A stretch of DNA of 64,000 nt from an uncultured Pelagibacteraceae bacterium (GTDB lineage Bacteria > Pseudomonadota > Alphaproteobacteria > Pelagibacterales > Pelagibacteraceae). Position numbers and translations under genes: made by a program. This document shows, one piece after another, positions 1-9,961 of this stretch. Location: positions 8,077 to 72,076 of the forward strand of contig CACJVQ010000004.1 of the NCBI GenBank assembly GCA_902596915.1, given 5' to 3'. The first letter of the stretch is position 1; each line of letters begins with the position of its first letter. Under the pieces are notes generated by a model. That model worked only from the letters and a program-made list of their open reading frames with translations. It searched no databases and was not told the DNA's origin.

Positions 1-2
1 AC

Positions 3-77
3 AATTCAGAGTGGATGACAAATTCTGATTTTAAAAATTGGATAGATAAAAATAAAGATTATATTGGTAAAATATAA
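3..77 (+). CDS. pseB: 3' end of a CDS, probably UDP-GlcNAc 4,6-dehydratase (PseB); truncated by window edge
   Basis: Frame from nt 3 reads NSEWMTNSDFKNWIDKNKDYIGKI*, resembling PseB C-termini; stops 3 nt before pseC. Confidence 0.6.
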   Translation, partial: NSEWMTNSDFKNWIDKNKDYIGKI

Positions 78-80
78 ATA

Positions 81-1244
81 ATGATACCCTATGGTCGACA
101 AGAAATTACAGAAGAAGATATTATTGAAGTTAAAAAAGTTTTATGTTCTGATTTTTTAACCCAAGGTCCAATAGTCCCAAAATTTGAACAGTCTGTAGCT
201 GATTATTGTGGAGCTTCACATGCTGTTGCAACTAATAGTGCAACCAGTGCGCTTCATATCGCTTGTCTTGCTCTTGATCTTGGGCCTGGGGATTTATTAT
301 GGACTTCTCCTAATACTTTTGTAGCTTCTGCGAATTGTGGCCGTTACTGTGGAGCAGATGTCGATTTTGTTGATATAGACCCAAAAACTTACAACATGAG
401 TATTGATTTATTAACAAAAAAATTAATACATGCAGAAAAATTGGGAAAGCTTCCAAAAATTGTAGTTCCTGTTCATTTTGCTGGTCAACCCTGTAATATG
501 TTAAAAATTCATGAATTATCTAAATATTATGGTTTTAAAATTATAGAAGATGCATCTCATGCAATAGGCTCATCTTATAATAAAATCAAAGTTGGTTCAT
601 GCGCCCACAGCGACATTACAGTTTTTAGTTTTCATCCAGTTAAGATTATTACCTCTGCTGAGGGTGGTATGGCTTTAACTAATGATAAGAACATAGCTGA
701 TAAATTATCAAGGTTACGAGTCCATGGGATTACGAATGACAATAGTAAAATGAAAAAACAACATGAAAATGAGATATGGAATTATCAGCAAATTGAACTT
801 GGTTTTAACTATAGGATGAATGATATTCAGGCCGCACTAGGTTTAAGTCAATTTAAACGTTTAGATCAATATGTGAAGCGTCGTCATGAAATAGCTGCTT
901 TTTACGACTCTGCCTTAAAAAACTTGCCACTCACAACACCTTGGCAGGCTACCGGTGTTTATTCTAGTTATCACTTATACACAATTCTTATCAAATTTAA
1001 TTCAGATTTTAAAAGTCAAAAGCATGTTTATAATGAATTAAGAAAATATAATATTGCGTCAAATATTCATTATACTCCAGTTCATAGACACCCTTATTAC
1101 GAAAAATTAGGATTTAAAAAGAATGATTTCCCAGTAGCGGAAAAATTTCATAAAGAAGTCATAAGTATTCCATTGTTTCCATCACTTCAAGATTCGCAGA
1201 AGAGTTATGTAGTTCAAACCTTAAAAAAAGTTATGAATTCGTGA
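81..1244 (+). CDS. pseC: UDP-4-amino-4,6-dideoxy-N-acetyl-beta-L-altrosamine transaminase
   Basis: MIPYGRQ start, FLTQGP, EDASHA, SFHPVKIIT PLP-lysine motif, GFNYRM. Confidence 0.9.
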   Translation: MIPYGRQEITEEDIIEVKKVLCSDFLTQGPIVPKFEQSVADYCGASHAVATNSATSALHIACLALDLGPGDLLWTSPNTFVASANCGRYCGADVDFVDIDPKTYNMSIDLLTKKLIHAEKLGKLPKIVVPVHFAGQPCNMLKIHELSKYYGFKIIEDASHAIGSSYNKIKVGSCAHSDITVFSFHPVKIITSAEGGMALTNDKNIADKLSRLRVHGITNDNSKMKKQHENEIWNYQQIELGFNYRMNDIQAALGLSQFKRLDQYVKRRHEIAAFYDSALKNLPLTTPWQATGVYSSYHLYTILIKFNSDFKSQKHVYNELRKYNIASNIHYTPVHRHPYYEKLGFKKNDFPVAEKFHKEVISIPLFPSLQDSQKSYVVQTLKKVMNS

Positions 1245-1320
1245 AGCTAATTTCTTTTAAATAAACTTCGTAAGAATACTCTAAAATTAAATAAAATTTT
1301 TTTGTAAATTTATCTTAACT

Positions 1321-2340
1321 TTATAATATTTTTTTAATTACCATAGATTTTATTGGTTCGTGTTTTAAAATATTAATTGGTGATTTTTTATTTAAAATTT
1401 GATTGAAATATTTTGGTTCTAAACCGTGTCCTGGTCTAATAACCCTAATATTATCTTTAGCAAATTTATCTCCTTTTTTGATATTCTTAATTGCAAAAAT
1501 TGATCTTCTAAAGATTTTTGATTTATCTTCACTTTTGTTTCTGTAAAAAAAATTCTTGCCCAAGAGCTTAAAAGCAATATTTATATCCTCTCTTAATTTT
1601 TTAATTTCCCTTCCTTTTAACGAAAAATTTATATCAAAACCTTTTTTTTGATTGTCGAGAGCTATGTGTTTTTCAATTACTTCGGCTCCACTTGCTACCG
1701 CGGCAATCGCAACTCTATTATCCTTTGAGTGATCAGATATTCCTATTTTACATTTAAATTTTTTTTTCAAAATTTCAATATTTTTTAAATTAAAATCATC
1801 AATGTTTGATGGATAATTACTAACACAATACAATAGAGTAATTTCTTTTGCGCCATTTCTTCTCGCTGTTTTTACAGTAGCTGAAATTTCATCTAAGCTT
1901 GCCATACCCGTAGAGATTATAATAGGTTTTTTAGTTTGAGAAATTTTCTTTACTAGATTTAAATCAGTCATTTCAAATGAAGCAATTTTATAAATTGGAC
2001 ATTTAAGTTTTTCTAAAAAGTCAACGGATGTATCATCAAACGGAGTACTAAAAATTTTAATTCCTATGGATTTTGCGTACTTAAATAATTCTTTATGCCA
2101 TTTTAATGGTGTGTGGGCCCTGTTATACAAGTCCCAAAGTGTATATCCCTTCCACAAACCATTCTTAATTTTAAAATATTTTTTATCAGATTTTACTGTC
2201 ATTGTGTCAGCAGTATAGGTTTGAAGTTTTACTGCATCTGCGCCATTATCATGAGCACATTTAATTAATTTTTTTGCTAAATTAAAGTTACCACAATGAT
2301 TTGCAGAAATTTCTGCTATGAAAAATACTTTATTTTTCAC
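1321..2340 (-). CDS. pseI: Pseudaminic acid synthase (NeuB family with SAF domain)
   Basis: FIAEISANHCG, AVKLQTYTADTMT, YKIASFE, ISTGMA, SDHS, IEKH, FRRSIF. Confidence 0.88.
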   Translation of the reverse strand: MKNKVFFIAEISANHCGNFNLAKKLIKCAHDNGADAVKLQTYTADTMTVKSDKKYFKIKNGLWKGYTLWDLYNRAHTPLKWHKELFKYAKSIGIKIFSTPFDDTSVDFLEKLKCPIYKIASFEMTDLNLVKKISQTKKPIIISTGMASLDEISATVKTARRNGAKEITLLYCVSNYPSNIDDFNLKNIEILKKKFKCKIGISDHSKDNRVAIAAVASGAEVIEKHIALDNQKKGFDINFSLKGREIKKLREDINIAFKLLGKNFFYRNKSEDKSKIFRRSIFAIKNIKKGDKFAKDNIRVIRPGHGLEPKYFNQILNKKSPINILKHEPIKSMVIKKIL

Positions 2341-2484
2341 AAGATTCTTTATAATTAAAAAAAGTCATAATAATTTTAGCATATATATGTATTGTACAAT
2401 TTTATTAAAAAATATATATCATAAACTGTTTTATATTGTGTATTCAATAGTATTAAAATTAAAAAAGTTAAAAAATTCAATTCA

Positions 2485-3309
2485 ATGGTTCAACTTTGTT
2501 TAGGGTCTGCAAATTTTGGATCTAAATATGGTCTAGAAAATAAAAAAATTAATAAAAACAAACTTATAAATATAATTACTATCGCAAAAAAAAATAATTT
2601 ATTAAATATCGATACATCATTTGAGTATGTAGATAGTCATCAAAGTTTAAAAAAAATAACAGATAAAAAAATGAAGATTAATACAAAAATTTTTTTAAAA
2701 AAAAACTCAAACTTTACGTCTGTAAAAAAAAAGATTATAAATTTTAATAAGAGTTCTCCATCAAAAATTCATAGTCTCTTATTACATGATCAGAATGATG
2801 CACTGAATATTGAAAAAATTGAATTATTAAAAAGTTTAAAGTCACATAAAGTTGTAAATAAAATTGGCGTTTCTGTATATGATCTACCTGTATTGAAAAA
2901 AGTTTTAAAATTATGGACGCCAGATATAGTACAAATTCCAGTAAATCCATTTAATTCAGAATTTTTATCAAAAAATTTTTTAAAGCAACTCAAAAGAAAA
3001 AATATTATCATATTTGCTCGATCTATTTTTTTACAAGGTATGCTGGTAAAAGAAAATAAATATTTATCAATAAAATTTAAAAATAATTTTAATAATTGGT
3101 TTAAATTTTGTAAGTCCCAATCAACTCATCCTGTTAAGGCTTGTTTGGATTTTTGCAAATCAATAAAGGAATTAGATTTTTTGATTATAGGTGTACAGGA
3201 TCATGAAGAGTTAAAGCAAACAATCAATTATTTTAAACAAAAAAAGAGAATAAACTCAAACTTAATTATAAAAAAAAAGTATAAAAAAATTGATCTTAGA
3301 AAAATATAA
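2485..3309 (+). CDS. Aldo/keto reductase family oxidoreductase
   Basis: LCLGSANFG, IDTS..Y, LLLH, KIGVSVY, VQIPVN, ARSIFLQG. Confidence 0.8.
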   Translation: MVQLCLGSANFGSKYGLENKKINKNKLINIITIAKKNNLLNIDTSFEYVDSHQSLKKITDKKMKINTKIFLKKNSNFTSVKKKIINFNKSSPSKIHSLLLHDQNDALNIEKIELLKSLKSHKVVNKIGVSVYDLPVLKKVLKLWTPDIVQIPVNPFNSEFLSKNFLKQLKRKNIIIFARSIFLQGMLVKENKYLSIKFKNNFNNWFKFCKSQSTHPVKACLDFCKSIKELDFLIIGVQDHEELKQTINYFKQKKRINSNLIIKKKYKKIDLRKI

Positions 3310-3997
3310 AAAAAAGAAATTTGCTATTTTAATTGCTGCTAGATCAGACTCAGCTCGTTTGCCAGGAAAACATTTTAAGATAATAAATGAAAAACGTAAA
3401 CTAACTGTATTAGATTATTGCATAAAGAGATGTAGAAAATCAAAAATCAAAGATATAATTTTATGTACATCAAGTAATAAAAACGACAATATTTTTGAAA
3501 AATATGCAAAAAAAAATAAAATCAAAGTATTTAGAGGCAGTAAAAACGACGTTCTAAAAAGATATATTGATTGTTGCGAAAAATATAATTTATCAGACAT
3601 TGTACGCATTACAGGTGATTGTCCACTGGTGGATAAAGATATAATTAATAATTTACTTAATATCTATTTAAAAAATAATTATGATTACGCTAGCAATGTA
3701 TGTCCACCTACTTTTCCAGATGGTTTAGATGTTGAAATTGTGAAGCTATCGATACTTAAAAAATCTTTTATTGAAAATAAAAGTGTCTTAAATAAAGAGC
3801 ATGTCACTTTAAATATAAGAAAAAATACAAAATATAAAAAATACAATATGAGTTATAATAAAAAAAACTTATCTAAAATCAGATGGACAGTTGATAAAAA
3901 AAAAGATTTGAGGTTTATTAAAAAAATTGTTATGAAATTTCACCCTAAAATTCACTTTAGTTGGCAAGAAATTTATAAATTAAAAAGATTTAATTAA
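3290..3997 (+). CDS. SpsF-like cytidylyltransferase (CMP-ulosonate synthetase-like)
   Basis: ARSDSARLPGK, FRGSKNDVLKRY, VRITGDCP, FPDGLDVE, EHVT, RWTVD. Confidence 0.85.
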   Translation: MILEKYKKKKFAILIAARSDSARLPGKHFKIINEKRKLTVLDYCIKRCRKSKIKDIILCTSSNKNDNIFEKYAKKNKIKVFRGSKNDVLKRYIDCCEKYNLSDIVRITGDCPLVDKDIINNLLNIYLKNNYDYASNVCPPTFPDGLDVEIVKLSILKKSFIENKSVLNKEHVTLNIRKNTKYKKYNMSYNKKNLSKIRWTVDKKKDLRFIKKIVMKFHPKIHFSWQEIYKLKRFN

Positions 3998-4005
3998 AAT
4001 ATTAT

Positions 4006-5250
4006 ATGAACAAAAATAAAGTACTATGGAAAAAATCAAAGAAAATAATCTTAAGAGGAAATTCTTTATTTTCAAAAAATCCAGAAAATTACTCAAAAAA
4101 CTGGCCAGTGTATTTTGATAAGGCTAAAGGGTGCAACATTTGGTCAATTGATAGAAAAAAATATATTGATTTTTCATATATGGGCATTGGTACAAATATT
4201 TTAGGCTATTCAAATTCTAAAATAGATAATCATGTAAAAAAAATTATAAACAAAGGTACAATGTCGACTTTAAATTGTGTAGAAGAGGTTTCTCTATCTG
4301 AGAAGTTAATCAACATGCATAAATGGTCCTCAATGTGCAAATTTACAAGGACAGGAGCTGAAGCTTCAGCTGTAGCAATAAGAATAGGAAGAATTTATTC
4401 AAAAAAAAATAAAATAGCAATTTGCGGTTATCATGGTTGGCACGATTGGTATTTAAGTGTAAATTTGAAAGGAAAAAAAAAATTAGACACACATTTATTT
4501 AAAAATTTAAATATTGATGGAGTTGATAAAAACTTAAAAAATAGCTCAATAGCTTTTAAGCATAATGATTTAAATTCTTTTAAAAAAATTGTTAAGCAAA
4601 ATAAAGATATTGGAGTTGTAATTATGGAAGTTGAAAGGTTTGAGGAAGTTCAAAAAGAATTTTTAAAATATATTAGAGAATATACAAATAAAAATAAAAT
4701 AACTTTGATATTCGATGAATGTACTAGTGGTTTTAGACAAACTTTTGGCGGTCTTCATTTAAAATATAAAATCAATCCAGATATTTGTATACTAGGCAAA
4801 GCTCTTGGTAACGGATATCCAATTAATGCAGTAATAGGAACCAAGACGGTTATGGAGAGTGCTGAAAATAGTTTTATAAGTAGTACATTTTGGTCGGATA
4901 GAATAGGTCCAGCAGCTGCTTTAAAAACTTTAGATGTAATGAAAAAAGAGCGCTCATGGCTCAAATTAAAAAATCTTGGTAGTTTTTTTAAAAAAAATTT
5001 TAGATCAGTATTAAAAAAACACAAAATTTCAGGAGATATTATTGGAACAGGCTCTTTATTAAAATTTGTAATTCATAATCTAGATGATAACTCTCTAAAA
5101 AAAATTTTTGCTACTGAGATGCTCAAAGAAAGAATTCTTGCATCAAATGTTATTTATTTATCTACTGCGCATACGAAAACTTTATTGAAAAAATATTTTA
5201 CTTCTATGGATAAAGTTTTGTTTAAATTAAAAGTAATGAAAAAAATTTGA
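4006..5250 (+). CDS. Class III PLP aminotransferase (glutamate-1-semialdehyde aminomutase-like), glycan-associated
   Basis: GYHGWHDWY, LIFDECTSGFR, LGKALGNGYP, SSTFW. Confidence 0.85.
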   Translation: MNKNKVLWKKSKKIILRGNSLFSKNPENYSKNWPVYFDKAKGCNIWSIDRKKYIDFSYMGIGTNILGYSNSKIDNHVKKIINKGTMSTLNCVEEVSLSEKLINMHKWSSMCKFTRTGAEASAVAIRIGRIYSKKNKIAICGYHGWHDWYLSVNLKGKKKLDTHLFKNLNIDGVDKNLKNSSIAFKHNDLNSFKKIVKQNKDIGVVIMEVERFEEVQKEFLKYIREYTNKNKITLIFDECTSGFRQTFGGLHLKYKINPDICILGKALGNGYPINAVIGTKTVMESAENSFISSTFWSDRIGPAAALKTLDVMKKERSWLKLKNLGSFFKKNFRSVLKKHKISGDIIGTGSLLKFVIHNLDDNSLKKIFATEMLKERILASNVIYLSTAHTKTLLKKYFTSMDKVLFKLKVMKKI

Positions 5251-5263
5251 GAAAAAATTAATC

Positions 5264-6040
5264 TTAACTCTCAAAATTTTTCATTGAAATTTGTTTATTT
5301 TCTTTTAAAAATTTTGTCATCCAAGCTTTTGTTTTTTTGTGGACTGGATAAAAAGGGTCTTTTTTAACCTTTTTTTTTATGTAGTTATTAAACAGTTTTA
5401 TATTTGCTTTTTTTACATAAAACCCGTTTTTAAATTTTAATACTTTCCAAACACCATCCTTAATTAAATCTTTATTGATTTTTTTTGCGTCATAATTACA
5501 AAATTTTTTCGTCATAGGCCATACTGTATGTTTGTAAATTATGTTATTGTTTTTATTCTTATATTTATAGTTGCCAACAAAAGTTTTCTCATACCTGTAA
5601 TTTACATTAAAAAATTTTTCAGCATAGTGTATTGCAGTACTTATAAAATTTAGATTTGTGCCTAAGTTTAAATATTCCATATTATTTTTTAATGCATATT
5701 GGTACAAACTATCTTTTCCAAAAGACTCAAAATTTTTGATAATTTTAAATTTATAATCTTTGTCGTTTGTACAGAAAGAAAAAACAGGATCAAAGGTATG
5801 GTTATAATTTTTTTGTTTTTGAATTAATCTAGTTATTTCATTTAATTGACTATTTGCGCCATATTTTGTTTTTCCAATTTTTAGAAAATCATAATTAAAA
5901 GTTGCTAAATATAAAATTTCTATTTCAAGTTCCTCTAAAATTTCATTAAATACATTTTTTAAATTTTTATTATTAAATTTATCATTAAAAATATTATACA
6001 GACCTAAAAAATCAACATGACAAAGATATTTCTTATTCAT
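5264..6040 (-). CDS. AAC(3)-family N-acyltransferase
   Basis: TFNYDF, DPVFSF, SFGKDS, TAIHYAE, YRYEKTFVG pattern of Antibiotic_NAT family. Confidence 0.75.
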   Translation of the reverse strand: MNKKYLCHVDFLGLYNIFNDKFNNKNLKNVFNEILEELEIEILYLATFNYDFLKIGKTKYGANSQLNEITRLIQKQKNYNHTFDPVFSFCTNDKDYKFKIIKNFESFGKDSLYQYALKNNMEYLNLGTNLNFISTAIHYAEKFFNVNYRYEKTFVGNYKYKNKNNNIIYKHTVWPMTKKFCNYDAKKINKDLIKDGVWKVLKFKNGFYVKKANIKLFNNYIKKKVKKDPFYPVHKKTKAWMTKFLKENKQISMKNFES

Positions 6041-6246
6041 AGTTTTAATAAATCATTAATTTTAAAAATCTTATTGAGTTTATTTAATGGAATTTTCTTC
6101 CCGTCAATATTTTGAATAGCCATGATTATTTGTACCAATGTCAAAGAATCGTAATTTTTAAGTGAGTTCAATTTTATATTTGTATTTTTTTTTATCTTAA
6201 TTTTAAGATGTTTCTCTAAAATACTTTTAATTTTTGATTGACGCAT
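6037..6246 (-). CDS. Acyl/aminoacyl carrier protein
   Basis: 69 aa with YDSL phosphopantetheine-serine motif; overlaps both neighbours. Confidence 0.75.
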   Translation of the reverse strand: MRQSKIKSILEKHLKIKIKKNTNIKLNSLKNYDSLTLVQIIMAIQNIDGKKIPLNKLNKIFKINDLLKL

Positions 6247-7648
6247 AATCTTTTTTTAATTTATTTACGTCAATTTTACCTGTAGGTCCTAATGGAAAAT
6301 CTTTAATCTTAATTATTTTAAAAGGATGCATGTAGGTTGGTAAATTTTCTTTTATACTTTTGGTTATATTATCTTTTGCTGAATTTCCTTTATAAAATAA
6401 TAATAGATCTTCGTTAATAAGAATAGTTTTAGAAATTATATTCTTGTTTTTATTTTCAACAATTTCATCTATCTCTGTTGTAAAAATTCTTAGACCTTTT
6501 TTTTTAATCATATCATCATTTCTTGATAACCAATATATTTGTCCTTTTTCAATTTTTACAAGGTCCCCGGTATTATAATAATTTTTATCATTTATTTTTA
6601 AAAAATTATATTTTGTATTGACATAACCCATCATTAATTGATTTCCACCAACTATCAATTCTCCAATTGTTCTATCTTTTTCTGTAGGAATTAACTTCCA
6701 ATATAGATGAGAAAAAACTTTTCCAATAGGAACTACTTTTTTATTTTTTAAATTTTTCAAATTTACTTTGTAAGAAGTAATGTTGATTGTGCATTCTGTT
6801 GGACCATAAACATTGTAAAAATTTGATTTTGGAAATAATGCTTTTGCATCAACACATATTTGTTTATTTAAAGCTTCACCACCTGATATAAATAATTTTA
6901 TTGATTTAGTAATTTTATATTTTTTTAAAACAAGAAATAATAATTTAAATAAATTAGGTACCGTATACATTACTTCAACATTATACTTGTCTATAAGTTG
7001 TATAATTTCAAAAATATTTGAATTATTTTTTGCAACTATAATTTTACAATTAGAAAATAATGCAAAAGCAATATCTCCAAATGTAATATCAAAATTTAAT
7101 TCTGATGTAAGAATTAGTGATTTTAAGTTTTTGTAAGCAAAGAATTCTTTACTAGTCCAGTTAATATAAGCTAAATAACTTTTTTCTGAGATTACAACCC
7201 CCTTTTGCTTACTGGTAGTCCCAGATGTAAAAATAATATACGGAATATTATTCTTAAATTTTAATTTTTTTAGAATTCGAAACTCTTTTTTTAAAGTTGA
7301 GATATTTTGTTTATTTATAAATACACTTAATTCATTGTAAAATTTTTCGTTAATTATCAAGTCGGCATTGCAAATTTTATAGATTTCTTTTATGTATTTT
7401 TTCGGCCAATTCCTATTAGTCGGTATTACTGTATTGCCGTTAATCCACAAAGCCCAAATAAGTCCGATGTAGTCTGCTGATCTTTCTATATTTATAATTA
7501 TTTTTTTATTAACTATTTCTCTTTTGTTTATAATATTTGCTAAACCAACTATTTGGTCTGAATTTATTTCTGTTTTGGTATCAATTAATATCTTTTTTCC
7601 TTCATTGTTTAAGAGGTATTTAAGAACTTTGTTTTTTAACTTGTTCAT
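6227..7648 (-). CDS. Stand-alone amino acid adenylation enzyme (DltA/NRPS A-domain-like)
   Basis: A3 YIIFTSGTTSKQKG, A4 NFDIT, A5 YNVYGPTE, A7 YNTGD, A10 PTGKID. Confidence 0.88.
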   Translation of the reverse strand: MNKLKNKVLKYLLNNEGKKILIDTKTEINSDQIVGLANIINKREIVNKKIIINIERSADYIGLIWALWINGNTVIPTNRNWPKKYIKEIYKICNADLIINEKFYNELSVFINKQNISTLKKEFRILKKLKFKNNIPYIIFTSGTTSKQKGVVISEKSYLAYINWTSKEFFAYKNLKSLILTSELNFDITFGDIAFALFSNCKIIVAKNNSNIFEIIQLIDKYNVEVMYTVPNLFKLLFLVLKKYKITKSIKLFISGGEALNKQICVDAKALFPKSNFYNVYGPTECTINITSYKVNLKNLKNKKVVPIGKVFSHLYWKLIPTEKDRTIGELIVGGNQLMMGYVNTKYNFLKINDKNYYNTGDLVKIEKGQIYWLSRNDDMIKKKGLRIFTTEIDEIVENKNKNIISKTILINEDLLLFYKGNSAKDNITKSIKENLPTYMHPFKIIKIKDFPLGPTGKIDVNKLKKDYASIKN

Positions 7649-8631
7649 TGAATTAATTTTTTTAATTTTATTTTTTTATTGTATATATTTGTTTGATCAA
7701 CAAACATAACTCTTTGATTTTTTTCATCTAAATATTTTATTTTTGTATAAAATTTATCACCAGGTTTAATAGAATTAATTATATTTTTTTTATTAATTAA
7801 AATTGTCTTAATATACAAAGATCCACCATTTACACTAACAACAATATAATCTTCAAATTTTCTAAGTACACTACCCACTTCTTCAGGATGTCTAGCAGAT
7901 TCATTTTTTGATTTTTCAACATTTTCTATTTGTACTTTGGCATTTGATAAACAAGTGTTTGCACCGCCGTAAGGATCACCATAAGCACGAATAAATCTAT
8001 CTAAATCATCAACATTCATCGACCAGTCAATCCATCCATTTATTTTACTACTCAACCTTTTATTGTAAGAAGCAAATAAAATATTTTGTTTTTCGTTTAT
8101 TGGTTCATTTTTATTATTATTATCTAAAAACTCTCTCAACATTTCACGGTTTTTTGATTGTAAAAAAATATTTATTTCTTTTGGTAGTTTTAAATTAGAT
8201 GGAATAATAAAATTTTTTCTATAAATAACATTTCCAGTGTCAATACCTGTAGTGACTTTATGCAAACAAGTTTGAAAAGCTTTTATGTCATACAAGATTA
8301 TATACGAAGCCACACTGCCTCTCATGCTAGGTAGTGGTGACTGATGAATATTATAAAAATTCTTACCTAATTTTTTAATTATTTTTTCAGTAAATATCCA
8401 AGGAGACCCAGCTGATATAGTTATACTTTTTTTTAGGTCTAATTTTTCCAAAATTTTTATACTAAGTTTTTTTGTTGTTATATATTTAATATTTTTAAAT
8501 TTTAAAAATTTTTTTAGCTCAGTTGTAAGTTTGTCAGTAATTAAAGTTACTTTTTTTAATTGGTTATCATTAAAAGAGTCCTTCAAATAGCTCAAAGCCA
8601 GAGTGTGAATAGAGATAATTATAATTTTCAT
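7645..8631 (-). CDS. N10-formyl-THF-dependent formyltransferase (Fmt-like)
   Basis: YNIHQSPLPSMRG and GIDTG catalytic motifs; IDWS..FIRAY..PYGGA C-terminal domain. Confidence 0.85.
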   Translation of the reverse strand: MKIIIISIHTLALSYLKDSFNDNQLKKVTLITDKLTTELKKFLKFKNIKYITTKKLSIKILEKLDLKKSITISAGSPWIFTEKIIKKLGKNFYNIHQSPLPSMRGSVASYIILYDIKAFQTCLHKVTTGIDTGNVIYRKNFIIPSNLKLPKEINIFLQSKNREMLREFLDNNNKNEPINEKQNILFASYNKRLSSKINGWIDWSMNVDDLDRFIRAYGDPYGGANTCLSNAKVQIENVEKSKNESARHPEEVGSVLRKFEDYIVVSVNGGSLYIKTILINKKNIINSIKPGDKFYTKIKYLDEKNQRVMFVDQTNIYNKKIKLKKLIQ

Positions 8632-9956
8632 TATTTGTATTTATTTATTAATTCTTTAATAAACTTGTGTCTAGTAAAAACACCTTGTCCTATCATTATA
8701 ACATTTCCAGAAAATTTATTTTGAATATTTAAATTTAATTCGTTTAAAAATTTAAAAAAATTTACCCTGGGTACAGGAAATGTTTTTGCAACTTTCAAGA
8801 CCTTTGCCTCTTCATACTTTGCAATATTACTAACAACTCCACATTTTATTATTTCATTCCAAGCTATTTCTGTTAATTTTTTATCATCACCCCAAAGCTC
8901 GCTATTACTGGTTAATGGCATTTCAGCTATTAATAGGTGATTATCTTTTTCAGTAAATTTTGAATATAAGCTGCAATTACTTATTCTCGAACAATAAAGA
9001 TTTATGTCGTTTATTTGTGTATATTGAAATTTAAAGTCAACTTTCTTTATTGTAAAATAAATAAATACTTGTGAAACATAGTGCTCATAATTTTGTTCCA
9101 AATTTATTTTAAATAACCTCTGTATATTGCTTAAACTAGTTGTGATTAAAACTTGATCAAATTTCTCACTCTTGAATTGTACATTTTTCAAATTAGAAGA
9201 TAAATTTACTTCATCAAAACTACATTGTTCAAAAATAACGTCTTGATTTTTTAATTTCTCAATTAATTTATCAGCTATAAACTCCATACTTTTGCCTTTT
9301 GGATAAAGAGAAATATTTTCCAAACTATCATTTGATTTTCTTCTTGAAGCCAGATGTTTGTCAAAAAAATTAGAATTTTTTTTTAAGAAATTGCTGAGAT
9401 TATCATTGAAAAGAGTTTGCCTAAAGTTCGTAAATGTACTCATTTCATTTGCTACAACATCTAACTTGTGTGGTTTGATTTGAAAGTTTTTTTCGCAGCC
9501 TTTGGAAAGTATATTTCTTATGTTTGGAGGAAGCTGACTAAATAAATCTGACAAATTATTTAATTTTTTTTTTCTTTTGAAAAAAACTGATTTTAAAAAT
9601 TTACTTAAATAAAAAATAAAAGCTTTGATTGTAAACAATGCTCCATAAGATTTCCAATAAGGCATTGCATGATCTTCATAAAATGAATTATTAGAATAGG
9701 TGCTTGCACCATATTTAAAATCATATAAATCGTTATTTGAAAACATATTTCTAATAAATTTATCTGTTTCTTTATCAAGACCATCAAAAAATTGATATCC
9801 TAAATCAAAACTTTCATTTTCAATTTTAATTGAACCCAACACACCTTTAATATTTCTTTCAAATAAAATTTTAACATCAAAATTTCTACTTTTTAAAAAG
9901 TAAGCTGTAGCCAATGCGTTAAATCCAGACCCAATAATTAAAACTTTTTTTGTCAC
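8631..9956 (-). CDS. FAD/NAD(P)-binding oxidoreductase (amine oxidase/protoporphyrinogen oxidase-like)
   Basis: VLIIGSGFNALATAY Rossmann motif, FDLGYQFF, YPKG. Confidence 0.7.
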   Translation of the reverse strand: MTKKVLIIGSGFNALATAYFLKSRNFDVKILFERNIKGVLGSIKIENESFDLGYQFFDGLDKETDKFIRNMFSNNDLYDFKYGASTYSNNSFYEDHAMPYWKSYGALFTIKAFIFYLSKFLKSVFFKRKKKLNNLSDLFSQLPPNIRNILSKGCEKNFQIKPHKLDVVANEMSTFTNFRQTLFNDNLSNFLKKNSNFFDKHLASRRKSNDSLENISLYPKGKSMEFIADKLIEKLKNQDVIFEQCSFDEVNLSSNLKNVQFKSEKFDQVLITTSLSNIQRLFKINLEQNYEHYVSQVFIYFTIKKVDFKFQYTQINDINLYCSRISNCSLYSKFTEKDNHLLIAEMPLTSNSELWGDDKKLTEIAWNEIIKCGVVSNIAKYEEAKVLKVAKTFPVPRVNFFKFLNELNLNIQNKFSGNVIMIGQGVFTRHKFIKELINKYK

Positions 9957-9961
9957 TTTAG

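Noticed and set aside
4006-5250. hemL (tetrapyrrole synthesis)
   Set aside because: Context is a sugar operon and alphaproteobacteria typically use the ALA synthase route
5264-6040. Aminoglycoside resistance gene
   Set aside because: AAC(3) fold, but coupled to ACP and adenylation genes in a glycan locus; biosynthetic role more plausible
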